From assembly GCA_030704615.1 (NCBI GenBank), contig CM060733.1:5084001-5148000 (forward strand): DNA of 64,000 nt. The letters run 5' to 3'. This DNA is from Takakia lepidozioides. Lineage: Eukaryota > Plantae > Bryophyta. A program made the position numbers and the translations under genes. How positions within the stretch are numbered: position 1 is the first letter of the stretch; each line of letters starts with the position of its first letter. The notes under the pieces were generated by a model. It was not told the DNA's origin, searched no databases, and saw only the letters and a list, made by a program, of their open reading frames with translations. Below, piece after piece: positions 39,801 to 50,237 of the stretch.

Positions 39801-41331
39801 TTTCACTGCTCAACAAAAGCATACAAGTAAAACCTAATGGCCAACATTGTGGATGTTTTTGGGAAATAACTGCCATCTGAAGATTTGCCTTTGGACATAG
39901 GGAAGGCCTTGTACCATCATTAAGTTCTTGGACTTGGAATGTTTATTTGTCTTTCCTCATAAGCTTCAGCTCAACTTTGTTGGTTTGAACTGGTATCATA
40001 CATCAGTGTCTACATTCTCTGGCTGTTGCACTCCACATGGCAGGCCAGAAGTTGTTGGACAAGCTGCCCTCTTTGCTCAAGGACGTGGAGAATGTGCGCC
40101 CCTGCTTGCTGCATGGTGATCTTTGGAGTGGCAATGTTGTTACTGATTCTCAGGGTGCCCCAGTCATCCTTGACCCGGCATGCTATTGTAAGTCTCTTTA
40201 AGTTCTCTCCTTCCAGTATCCTGACCGGAGCTGAGATGTTGTAGCCTTGTGGCTTATAGACCCTTGTGACAGAACCCCTCTGCCTGGGTGACTGTCCTGA
40301 ACACGAACTGGTGCAAGTCTCTCACAGCCACTGCCCGTCCTGTTTTTGGGAAGTCAATGACTATAGCTGGTCTAGTTCACGAATGTGACCTGAAGTGTTG
40401 AGTAATGGTATTGCAGAAGATATCACTGTGGTATGAGCTCCAGTGATGAAGAGATTTTGGCTATGAGAGACCCAGATGGACTATGGGACAGTCGAACTAA
40501 ATTGAGAGAACCCAGGGGGTGAAAGGATTGGGACAACCTGGACTAAGGCAGAGGGAATCTGTAACTCTTTGTAGGTCACTAATAAAGGGCATGATTAGTG
40601 TGCAGACAGCTAAATCTGCTCTGCTCCCATGATCAGATGGGCACAATGAGGCTGAGTTTGGGATGTCATGGTGTGCTGGCTTTGGGGCTGCCTTCTATGA
40701 TGCATACTTTAAGGTACTGAATCCTTCTCTCTTCTGACAGACCCTATAATAGGTAGTACTAGTTAAGCCCAGGAGTTTGTCTCAAGCACCACTGGTGCAT
40801 TGATGAAACTTCCTCTACCTAGGGCTTCAATTTGAGCTAGCACTAGCAAAAGTCAGGCTTCCAAGGTGAGAAGACGTGTGGGTTCCTTCTTGTAGCAGGC
40901 TGTGTGAATGTCTTGGACTTAAAGACTATCCAGAACACTAATATTAGGATTAAGGTGCACCGCAGCTCTACAAGTGGACAGCATTGTCAGTGGCGTCATG
41001 GTTTTGCAAGGTGGTTTATACAAGCACCCGAGTCTGCATTTTCCACCTTTTAATGTTTACCTGTAATTGCAAAAGATTTTGTGGTGTACCTACTTAGATT
41101 TGGAACCATACTTAAGTTGAGGAGCAGAATATTTAAGAAGTAAAAAACTGAAGTCCCCAGATTTTTAGCGTACAATATCTAACTGTGCTGCTTAATCAGG
41201 TTATGCCCAAGCAACCGGGGTTCGAACAGAGGGAAAAGCTCTACAAGCTGTACCACTATCTCAACCACTACAACCTCTTTGGGTCAGGCTACCGCTCCTC
41301 CTGCACCTCCATCATTGATAGCTATTTGTAA
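36818..41331 (+). CDS. Protein-ribulosamine 3-kinase, chloroplastic (fructosamine-3-kinase family), ~346 aa
   Basis: Exons 36818-36953, 38044-38194, 38325-38415, 38967-39068, 39354-39442, 39651-39769, 40044-40187, 40637-40713, 41200-41331 (1041 nt, in phase). Motifs: [86 protein letters not shown]. Exon 1 looks like a transit peptide. Confidence 0.94.
37880..38000 (-). mobile_element. LINE 3'-end fragments in kinase intron 1
   Basis: Reverse complement reads cccaaactgggccacaaggctacagcaaacaacgtctcatgagtacattc next to (CT)n, plus a partial acgtctcctgagtacatt. Confidence 0.75.
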
Positions 41332-41606
41332 CTTAGTGGACCAAATTTCTTCTCTCTAACCTCCTAGAGATGCTTGGGAGGATGGAGCTTAACTGAACAA
41401 CCTGAAACCCAGCACAAATCCAGGTACGTTGAACTTCTAGGACTTTTACAATCTCATTCAGACAAATACATCTCCGAGTTGCAACATTAAAGTGCTCATT
41501 CAAAATGTATGTCAATCTCTCAACACGAAAAGCACAAAGAAACCTCATAAACTGCACTAATTGCATCAGAAAACTCTTCAAATCACCAATGAAGCAATGA
41601 AATTAC

Positions 41607-42830
41607 CGGTGTTGGGCGGGTATGTGATTTACCCGGATATACCCGGCGGGTATATCCGGGTATACATCCAAATATGTAACCTGATGTGGCAGGTTTTAGG
41701 ACCCGGATGTATACCCTTTTATAAGGGTATATCTTTATGATATACCCTAGATTTGCACTTACCCTGCATCATACAATATACCCTGACTAGTCGAGGGTAT
41801 ATCTTTAGGATCAAGGGTAAATAGCGTTCAGGGTACGAATAATGGGACATCCTTGCTGCAACCATTGCGAATGACCTCTTCTTTTGCTGAGAGATCAAGT
41901 GCATCGATGACCAGGCAGACATCTGAACTTGTCTTTCCATTGCTCCATTGTTTAGGGGCTGGTTTCTGCGGGCCCAGCAATGTGTAGGGCTCTCTCTGGA
42001 GTCCTTGCTTTTTTCTGGTTTTAGCCTAGGTGACATGCATAATTTACTCAGATTCGGAGCATTGCTGTTGTCCCTGGAAAAGCACGCTGGTCCTCATTCC
42101 CTCTCCTTCCGGCAGTTTGGTCTCAATCTCCCATCTACACTTGGGGGGTTTCATTGCTCGGTTGCTTGGGGCTGGTTTCTGCGGGCCCTGCAGTGTGTGG
42201 GGCTCCCTCTGGTGAATCTTTTTCTGGATATTAGCCTTGGTGACATGGGTTTTTTTTTAGATTCTTGACTGCCATGCTTTGGCACTCTTACCTTCTCTGC
42301 TCTAATCACTCCTTCATAGCTCCTTTATTAGAGCTGCTAGTTGTTCAGGTTTTCTTTGTTCAGGTCCATGGATCTGGTTTGTGGGGGCTTCGGCCCTTGA
42401 TAACGGTTTCGTGAGCTTGCTTTCACTGCTTGCAGCGTGGAAGCCTTATGGTTTGCCGGCAAGTTTTAATTTTTTTCCTCCTAATAATCCCAAATAAAGT
42501 CCGCAGCTCCCCTTTCAAAGTTTGGTTTTTTTTTTAAATCAATATACGCGGAGCTTAACCCTTTATAAACCCTGAATTTGACCCTGCATAAATGAAGGGT
42601 ATGTTTAACTGAACTATAACCTGGTTTTATCCTTACCCTCAGGGTAAATTATGGCATTGTCCTATACTTACATATAACCAGAAAACAAATCATGACGCAT
42701 TTTACCCGGACTCCGGAGGGTATGTTGAAATACAAAAAACATCTATTAACCAGCACAGACCCGGATTGAATTTCAAGATGCCAAATTACCCGGACCCGGA
42801 GGGTAAGTTAAAAATCAATATACCACTAGG
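41607..42830. mobile_element. Decayed non-autonomous DNA transposon/MITE with tacccgg/ccgggta subterminal repeats and an internal ~80-bp duplication
   Basis: Clusters of tacccgg/gggtat/accct motifs at 41607-41835 and 42560-42810. Internal repeat ggggctggtttctgcgggccc...ggtgacatg at ~41954 and ~42168. TIR and TSD not resolved. Confidence 0.4.
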
Positions 42831-43939
42831 TGTACTCCACTTGGAGTGGAATTCAGTGCGGGTCATGTGAAATATAATTCCACAGATCACACGGCACTTC
42901 AATAAAAAAATTAGAAGTGGAATCCTAATATCTTCCTCTACAGAGGTTTTATAACCCAATAAGAAATTGCCATCCTGCATGTGAACTCCATGGCTCCATC
43001 CTCTGCAATCACAAACTTGTTTTTGTTTCTCTGTCTGTTACTGAGAAGAGTGTTTAGAAGTTTAACAGAAGAAACAGAAGGCAAAAAGAAAAAGGAGTGC
43101 TCGGAAAAGGAAGGAAAAATAAGCATATTAAACAAGATAAAAAATAATTGCATGTAACCCATGCAAGCTGCCATATAGGTTGTGAGTTGTGACGCAAGTC
43201 CTGATGGTTGGGTTGACGTTATGGAGCCTTTCCTGTTCTTTCCAATCACTTGATGCAGAAATTGCTCCAAAAACAGTACCTTCATCCTCTCTTTCTCTGT
43301 TCTTTTCACTTCTTCTTTTCTTGCTCTCTTTACTATGAGACCGCTGGGAGACTCAACTGTCCTCACAGAAGTCTTCAATTATGAGGAAATACAAGTCTTT
43401 GTCTTCCTTGGGGAGAGAATATTGGCCTGCAATGGCTAGTAGACGCACTCATGCATGCATAAAATTATTCATCCCGAGATTTCATTCGTTTATAGATACG
43501 GATGAATATTCCCATTACACCTGTCTTGATCTAATTTGAAACTTAATCGCAAGTATCGGTGCTAAGCATTAAAACCCTTTGTGTAGTTCTGCCTTAGAAA
43601 GGCAAAGCCAACAAAAATCAATAAACAAAAACAAACAAACAAATTACTTTGTTTTAATATATTGACATGTATTTATTTACATGCACTTCTACATAGGTAC
43701 ATATTAAGTGCATATAATATGTACTGACTTATGCCAGATTAGTAGGCTTGGCCGCTTTTACAATGGATGTTTTGGAATTTTTGAATTTTTATTTTATTTT
43801 TTTTTATTTTTGGATTAACAGGGGGATTAGGCCTCTCATTTTACAATATTAGCGACGTTATGGCGCACTCGCGGCCTGAGTGGTGGGCCCCGTGCACGGA
43901 CGCCCGGCTCCCCCCGCGCGTCCCCAGCCGCGCCCACGC

Positions 43940-44112
43940 CCCCAGTCCACTGCGGCCAGTCCGCTGTGCCAGTCCCTCATGTCCACCCTGTCAGTCTGCC
44001 CACCAGTCCGCTGCCCATGAGTCCGCTCCTCGCCACTCTGCCGGATAGCCAGTTTGCCAGCCAGTCCACTAGAGGCCAGTCCGCTGCGCCAGTTCCCCAA
44101 AATCCAGTCCGT
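43940..44112 (+). repeat. GC-rich short tandem repeats (ccagtccgctg-like units), probably transposon subterminal repeats
   Basis: About 10 imperfect copies of ccagtcc(g/a)ctg upstream of the MULE/SWIM ORF. Confidence 0.7.
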
Positions 44113-44322
44113 CGATGAGGCCCGATCTGGACCGTCCGCTCCTAAATCCCATCTGAGCCCTCCATTTTTAGGGCCTTAAACCCAAACCTTATCCCTGGCG
44201 CCTACCACTTGCCAGAACCTTAAACATGCGCACTGTTGCTCTTGCACGTTGTCCATCGTATCCAGGGTACTGCAGCGCGTTTCTTGCAGGTTTTGAAGCG
44301 TGTCATCTGCACTGTATAAGGC

Positions 44323-44845
44323 ATGGATGTGCAAGCACAATGCCACGACAGACTAGAAATGGAAAGCCCGCTTATACGGCCTCTTCGACAATGTTTGCAA
44401 ACACCAAAACCAGGAGCCTTCAACACGAAGAACCTCCATTGGAAGAGTGAGACGCAATATGGGTATATGGGTGTGCGAATGAATGTTCAGAAGGCCTGCA
44501 TACCTTGGGATAGAGTTGATGACTTTATCCTTGGAGAGGAAAGTTTGGTGGACTACCCCACTCAGTTTTGGATTAGTGTCCATACTAAAGTGCAATCCGG
44601 CATGCAAAAACAGCCCAGAGGCAATACATTCCTGAACAGTACCATGCGTGCACCATCCTCACAGTCCCTTTGTACAATCATTGCATGTGTATTGCCATTG
44701 TTGTTTCCCACCTACTACGATGGATATCGATTTTGAATTTAATGTCTAGGTATCAATGCTACTACGGTCCGGATGACAAGCGCACCAACAATGCAATAGT
44801 GGAGGATCCAAAACTGAAGCGTGGACCTGGGGGGTGCACCAAAGG
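44323..44845 (+). pseudogene. Truncated N-terminus of a MULE-derived SWIM zinc-finger/transposase-like gene
   Basis: IPWDRVDDFILGEES..PTQF (44323-44645) spliced to YQCYYGPDDKR (44750-44845) resembles the IPFARVDDFVRGES..PTRF..YWCSFGPDD block of plant SWIM/MULE proteins. It is cut off where the TIR-like sequence begins. Confidence 0.7.
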
Positions 44846-45229
44846 TTAATGTACCTATCACGTGCGTGAACAGAAGGGGGTTAATTAAATACCCCCACAT
44901 ACAGACTATGTATATTGAAAGGGTCTGAAAATTTCCTTATATATATATATATATATATTTGAGGGTAAGTTATATATTTGGGTGTATAGCGTACTGGTAA
45001 GGTCTCTAATTACGTGTCGTGACATCACGTGTTCAAATAATTTTTGCGTCTTTTCTCTTTTCCGCCTCACTAAGCCATATCTTCCGCTGCGCTGCGCGCT
45101 CTCACCTTGTTGTGCGCTTCTTCCTCCTGTTTACCAGGTTCTTGGGAGGTCTTAGCAGGCCGTGTGTCAATCGGCGTCTACTCAGCTGCACCGTGGTGGA
45201 GGCGTGGTGGTTCTCACAGAGCGATCCGA

Positions 45230-47520
45230 CAGTACCTGACTACAGACACAAGCAGCACACAAGAAAAGTCATTTTGGATTGATGGTCGATCAAATCCTCC
45301 ACGGGTCATGACACAAGGTCAAGGACAATGTGGTGAGGGAAGCTTCTTCGTTCACCTATTTCAACATGTTTTTTCCTCTCATCAAACTCGGCCCTGAGAT
45401 GCATATTGAATTCTGTACTTTAGCTCGTTGGGTGGATCTGTGGTGGTTAGGAGTGACTTTAACAAGTTACTGCTGATATAGCAGTAGGAAAGTATCCAAA
45501 AACAAATAACAAAGGGTATGAGAAGCACCTTTTTCAACACATTTCACCCTGTTTTCCCCTCTTATCAGCAAGTTAGCTGATTGAGTGAACCTTTGGTAGT
45601 TTGGAGTGACTTTGACATGATACTGCCAATGTGACACAGGAAAGTATCCAAAAACAAGTAAACAGAGATGAGGAGAAGTTGTGGGATGAATACTTTTTGG
45701 ACCCCAGCCAATGGTGGGACAAACGAGGCAAAAAGGTGAATGCCTGCAGATTATCAGATGTCATTCTGAAGGCTGCACACACAAGCTGCACACACAAGAG
45801 GTTCTTTAGGGTTGATGTTCGGTGAAATCCTCCATGGGTCATGACACAAGGTCAAGAACAATGTGGTGAGTCCATCTTCTTCTTCAACCTATTTATGTCT
45901 GTTTTACCCTCTCATCATACTCAGCCTTGAGATGCGTATTGAATTTTGTAAGTTAACTCGTTGGGTGGATCTGTTGTGGTTAGGAGTGACTTTGACAAGA
46001 TACTGCTGATGTGGCAGCAGGAAAGTATCCAAAAACAGATAACATGGATGAGGAGAAGACACCTTTTTCAACACATTTCACCCTGTTTTCCCCTCTTATC
46101 AGAATCGGCCCTACATTTCCATGTTGAATTCTGCAAGTTAGCTGATTGAATGAACCTTTGGTAGTTTGGAGTGACTTTGACATGATACTGCCAATGTAAC
46201 ACAGGAAAGTATCCAAAAACAGGTAAACAGAGATGAAGAGAAGCTGTGGGATGAATACTTTTCTGACCCCAACCAATGGTGGGACGAACGAGGCAAAAAG
46301 GTGAATGCCTGCAGATTACCAGATGTCATTTTGAAGGCTGCACACACAAGCTGCACACACAAGAGGTTCTTTAGGGTTGATGTTCGGTGAAATCCTCCAT
46401 GGGTCATGACACAGGGTCAAGGACAATGTGGTGAATGCATCTTCTTCTTCAACCTATTTCTACCTGTTTTACCCTCTCATCAGACTCGGCCTTGAGATGC
46501 GTATTGATGGATTTGTGGTGGTTAGGAGTGACTTTGACAAGTTACTGCGGATGTGGCAGCAGGAAAGTATCCAAAAACAGATAACATGGATGAGGAGAAG
46601 ACATCTTTTTCAACACATTTCACCCTGTTTTCCCCTCTTATCAGAATCGGCCCTACATTTTCATGTTGAATTCTGCAAGTTAGCTGATTGATTGACATGA
46701 TACTGCCAATGTGACACATGAAAATATCCAAAGACATGTAAACAGAGATGAGGAGAAGCTGTGGGATGACTACTTTTCTGACCCCAGCCAATGGTGGGAC
46801 AACCAAGGCAAAAAGGTGAATGCATGTTAGATTACCAGATGTCATTCTGAATGTTGCAGACTCGGCCCTGAGATGCATATTGAATTTTGTAAGTTAGTTC
46901 GTTGGGTGAATCTGTGGTGGTTAGGAGTGACTTTGACAAGTTACTGCAATGTGGCAGCAGGAAAGTAACAAAAAACAGATAACATGGATGAGGAGAAGAC
47001 ACATTCTTTACACATTCACCCTGTTTTCCCCTCTTATCAGAATCTGCCCTAAATTTCCATGTTGAATTCTGCATGTTAGCTGGTTGAGTGAACCTTTGGT
47101 AGTTTGGAGTGACTTTGACATGATACAGCCTATGTGACAACAAGAAAGTATCCAAATTAAACAGGTAACAGAGATGAGGAGAAGCTGTGGTATGAATACT
47201 TTTCTGACCCCAGTCAATGGTGGGACAACATTGGCAAAAAGGTGAATGTCCGTCAGATTACCAGATGTCATTCCGAACACTGCAGACACAAGCTGCACAC
47301 ACAAGAGATCTTTGTTTTACCCTCTCATCAGACTCGGCCCTGAGATGCATATTGAATTCTTTAAGTTAGCTCGTTGGGTGGATCTATGTGGTTAGGAGTG
47401 ACTTTGACAAGTTACTGCCGATGTAGCAGCAACAAAGTATCCAAAAACAGATAACATAGATGAGGAGAAGCTCGTTGGGCGATCTATGGTGTTTTGTAGT
47501 GATTTTGATATGTTACTGTA
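45230..47520 (+). repeat. Tandem array (~4.5 units, ~565-bp period, dimeric substructure) of degenerate OSB-type PDF motif sequence
   Basis: Units translate as DEEKLWDEYFSDPSQWWDxxGKKVN..PD....VD.R.NPPWV, and the first part as PDYRHK..FWIDGRSNPPRV. The period is visible from the repeated ORFs at 45573 and 46138. Stops and frameshifts are present. Confidence 0.8.
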
Positions 47521-47622
47521 AGTAAGGTTGGGGTGTTTACTGGAAGAACTTCACGCCGTCAGTCTCAGCTGCTTCAGCTGCTAGCAGCAAGGCTGAGGTT
47601 GTATTCATGGTTTGTACACAAG

Positions 47623-47850
47623 TGAAGAGAGGCCATACGCCCAAGTATCCTCGCCTCTGCCCCCTGCCAGGAACAAGCTTCATCATTACGAGGTCCTCAA
47701 GTATCCCCTAACGACAGAGTCTGCCATGAGGAAGATCGTGGACAACAACACGTTGGTGTTCATTGTGGATGTGCGGGCTGACAAGAAAAAGATCAAGGAT
47801 GCAGTGAAGAAGATGTAAATCCAGACAAAGAAGGTAAATTTTTTGATAAG
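47623..47850 (+). pseudogene. RPL23A: Captured fragment of cytosolic 60S ribosomal protein L23a (uL23)
   Basis: [66 protein letters not shown], with a frameshift and a stop. It ends at AG|GTATAA (47850/47851). Confidence 0.9.
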
Positions 47851-47859
47851 GTATAACCT

Positions 47860-49012
47860 GGATTGCATATGTCGTCATGCGAAATGAGAGGACGTATGAT
47901 GGCTGCGATCTCATTGAAAGTATTGGTGCACTAACACGAATTCGGAGTTTGAGGCAAAGCCAAAGGCCAAGGTTTGCAAGAGCACACAAGAAACAAGAGC
48001 ATATTTGGTTCACGTTGGAGAAATATAACTCCATCCCTCTTGCTGACCTTGGTGATTTCTCTTCTGTTCAATCATATTATTGCATGAAATCTGGTTTTCT
48101 TGAAGCCCAAGACCTATGTAGCAGCTTGGGAATGAAACCAAGTGATGTGACCAGATCTGAATGGTAGAATCAGCCATGGAATATCGAAAAGAAAATAGAG
48201 GTTTAGCTTTTCAAATGCATGCAGGAGGATAGTGACATTGTTCTTGATGGTCTTTGTTTGGAAGTTGATGGAGAAACCCATATCAAACCTGAAACTATGC
48301 AGGATCCTTTTTAAAGTGCAATGGAGGATATTTCGGACCCTTTACAGGTGCATACAGAGGATATTATTGTTCAAAGCGAATTTCGGCATACCTTGGATGC
48401 CCTTATTGATGAGCAAGAAGGAGAGGAAGAAGATGAGAAATCACCTATCATTTTATTTGTCACAGTTGATGGAAAGGCTATTTTCAAGAGTACCTTGGTT
48501 AGCCAATTAAATGGCAACCCCACTCTTTCTAAAGACAGGTTAAACACGAGTTCGAAGTGGAATTTCACTTTGCAAAGAGAAAAATTCCAGCCACATTAAT
48601 CCAAAAACAATGTTAGGATTAGGATCTGATTGTGCTTTTTTGTTGATACCGTCGCCAACCAAGCCCCAGTTGGAAATAGGAGAGGTAGACCAACAAAAAC
48701 CACTAGAGCATCAACAAAAGGTGTTTGGTATTTGGGTAGGGTTCAGAAAATGCGTCGAAAAGTCAATAATCGACGAATTGAGTATAAGGATCCAATTGAT
48801 TTATTAAATCGGCCTTCCAATGTAGAAATAAGTTTAGCTTGGTACCAAAAAGTGAAAGGATCATTTTACTCCTATGATTTGATGGACAATATGATGGTTG
48901 ATCTAGAGTCTATCATATATTAGTTTTTTTAAAGTATGATGCAGCCTCTAATAGGTATAAGCTTGATCCAAATGATAAAACAGTTTTTAACAATTTTATC
49001 AATGGAAAATAA
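47860..49012 (+). pseudogene. Decayed C-terminal part of an unassigned transposase-like protein
   Basis: Collinear broken ORFs: NERTYDGCDL..RFARAHKKQEHIW / VDGKAIFKSTLVSQLNGNPTLSKDRL / MLGLGSDCA / WYLGRVQKMRRK..PIDLLNRP / ..YKLDPNDKTVFNNFINGK*. They end ~250 bp before the right TIR-like motif. Confidence 0.55.
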
Positions 49013-49401
49013 ATTTGACACTAATTTTTATTTGTTATACAAGTTATTTTAAATATTTTTTAAATCTGATGTAAAAACATTATCAACAATTTTGTATTAA
49101 AAAATATACATAAATAAAGGGTTTATTATATTCTGAATCAACACATGAATACATACAGCAGAGTGTTGTTATCCATTATTATTATTTTATATAAATACTT
49201 TAGGGGGTTTAATAAATTTTAAAATGTATGTATACATATGATAAACTCATGAAGTAACCTATATACAGGGGTATTTTTTATTTACTAATGCACGCACGTG
49301 ATATGGTCTTTCTGGGTCATATTTTCATGGCAGAAACACTAATGTAAGTGTGTGATTAACTTGCTCAGGATAACTTTGTCTCTCATCCTTTATATGCAAC
49401 A

Positions 49402-50237
49402 GCGGGGAAGAGGAAACGAATGTTGTTAATTTTGAGTGTCAACGAACTCCTCTGCTACTAGCCACCCCCAACCGGCGGTGAACTGTTTAAGGAGAAATTT
49501 CATTTCAGGAATGTGACACTTCAAGTTCCTGACAGACCTTTTGTGGTGCCTCGGCCTGGAGTCTTGGAGTTTATGGACCTTGCATTGAAGCATTTTCACG
49601 TGGCCATTTGGTCATGCGCTAATAGAGGTGTTGTTTGTAGGATGTTGGAGAGCTTCGTCCCCACGAAAATAGCGAAAAAAATTTGCTTCATATGGTCTGC
49701 TGAGGATTGCAAGGATACCACCGGTTATATCAGGCCCGTGATGAAATATCTTGTGAAGATATTCGAAGTGTTATTGCCAAGTACTCTGGTAGACCGTTTG
49801 CTACGCAGGGGCAAATACTTCTTGTAGATGATGAGCCATCAAAGGGCTTCCGAAACCCACAAAATACTAGATTCTTCCCTTTCTCATTCAAGCCTTCACC
49901 AAACGGCTTGCGTGACCGAGATGATATGACAAAAACAGTGTGGCCATATATATCGGAGATGGCTGGAGCTTCAATAGTCGTTGATTACATTAGCGAGAAC
50001 CGGACAAAGTGTTCTCATAAGCCTATTGGTCGAGACCATGCTTGTTGGCCCTGGTATGGAAGATATCTTGATCCTCGTGTTTGGATCCCACAACAAAAGG
50101 AACTTGATTACCTTAGTACGCACGTAGATCCCACTGTTCTGTTGTTTGTTCAGAATTTGATTTTCCAATTCTTTTGCATGTGCATTTGCACTCTTACCTC
50201 AACAAATTCATATGCAAAACTTCCACTTTGGGCCTAA
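49402..50237 (+). pseudogene. FCP1/NIF (HAD-superfamily CTD-phosphatase-like) domain pseudogene
   Basis: KRMLLILSVNELLCY* .. VVPRPGVLEFMDLALKHFHVAIWSCA .. ICFIWSAEDCKDT .. ILLVDDEPSKGFRNPQNTRFFPFSF. One stop, a frameshift near 49765, and a degenerate catalytic DxDxT motif. Confidence 0.75.

Larger units (their letters stand above)
44844..49310. mobile_element. Pack-type TIR DNA transposon derivative carrying captured gene fragments
   Basis: Inverted pair tatcacgtgcgtg (44856-44868) / cacgcacgtgata (49291-49303), plus an inner inverted pair aaatacccc (44887-44895) / ggggtattt (49268-49276). The outermost bases do not match and no TSD was found. Confidence 0.55.

Noticed and set aside
42938-43378. 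146-aa minus-strand ORF
   Set aside because: Non-ATG start, low complexity and no recognisable motif.
43420-43441. ctagt as a possible Helitron 3' end
   Set aside because: No clear GC-rich hairpin upstream.
45230-47520. Repeat array as a possible CRISPR
   Set aside because: Units are hundreds of bp with no unique spacers, the context is eukaryotic and there are no cas genes.
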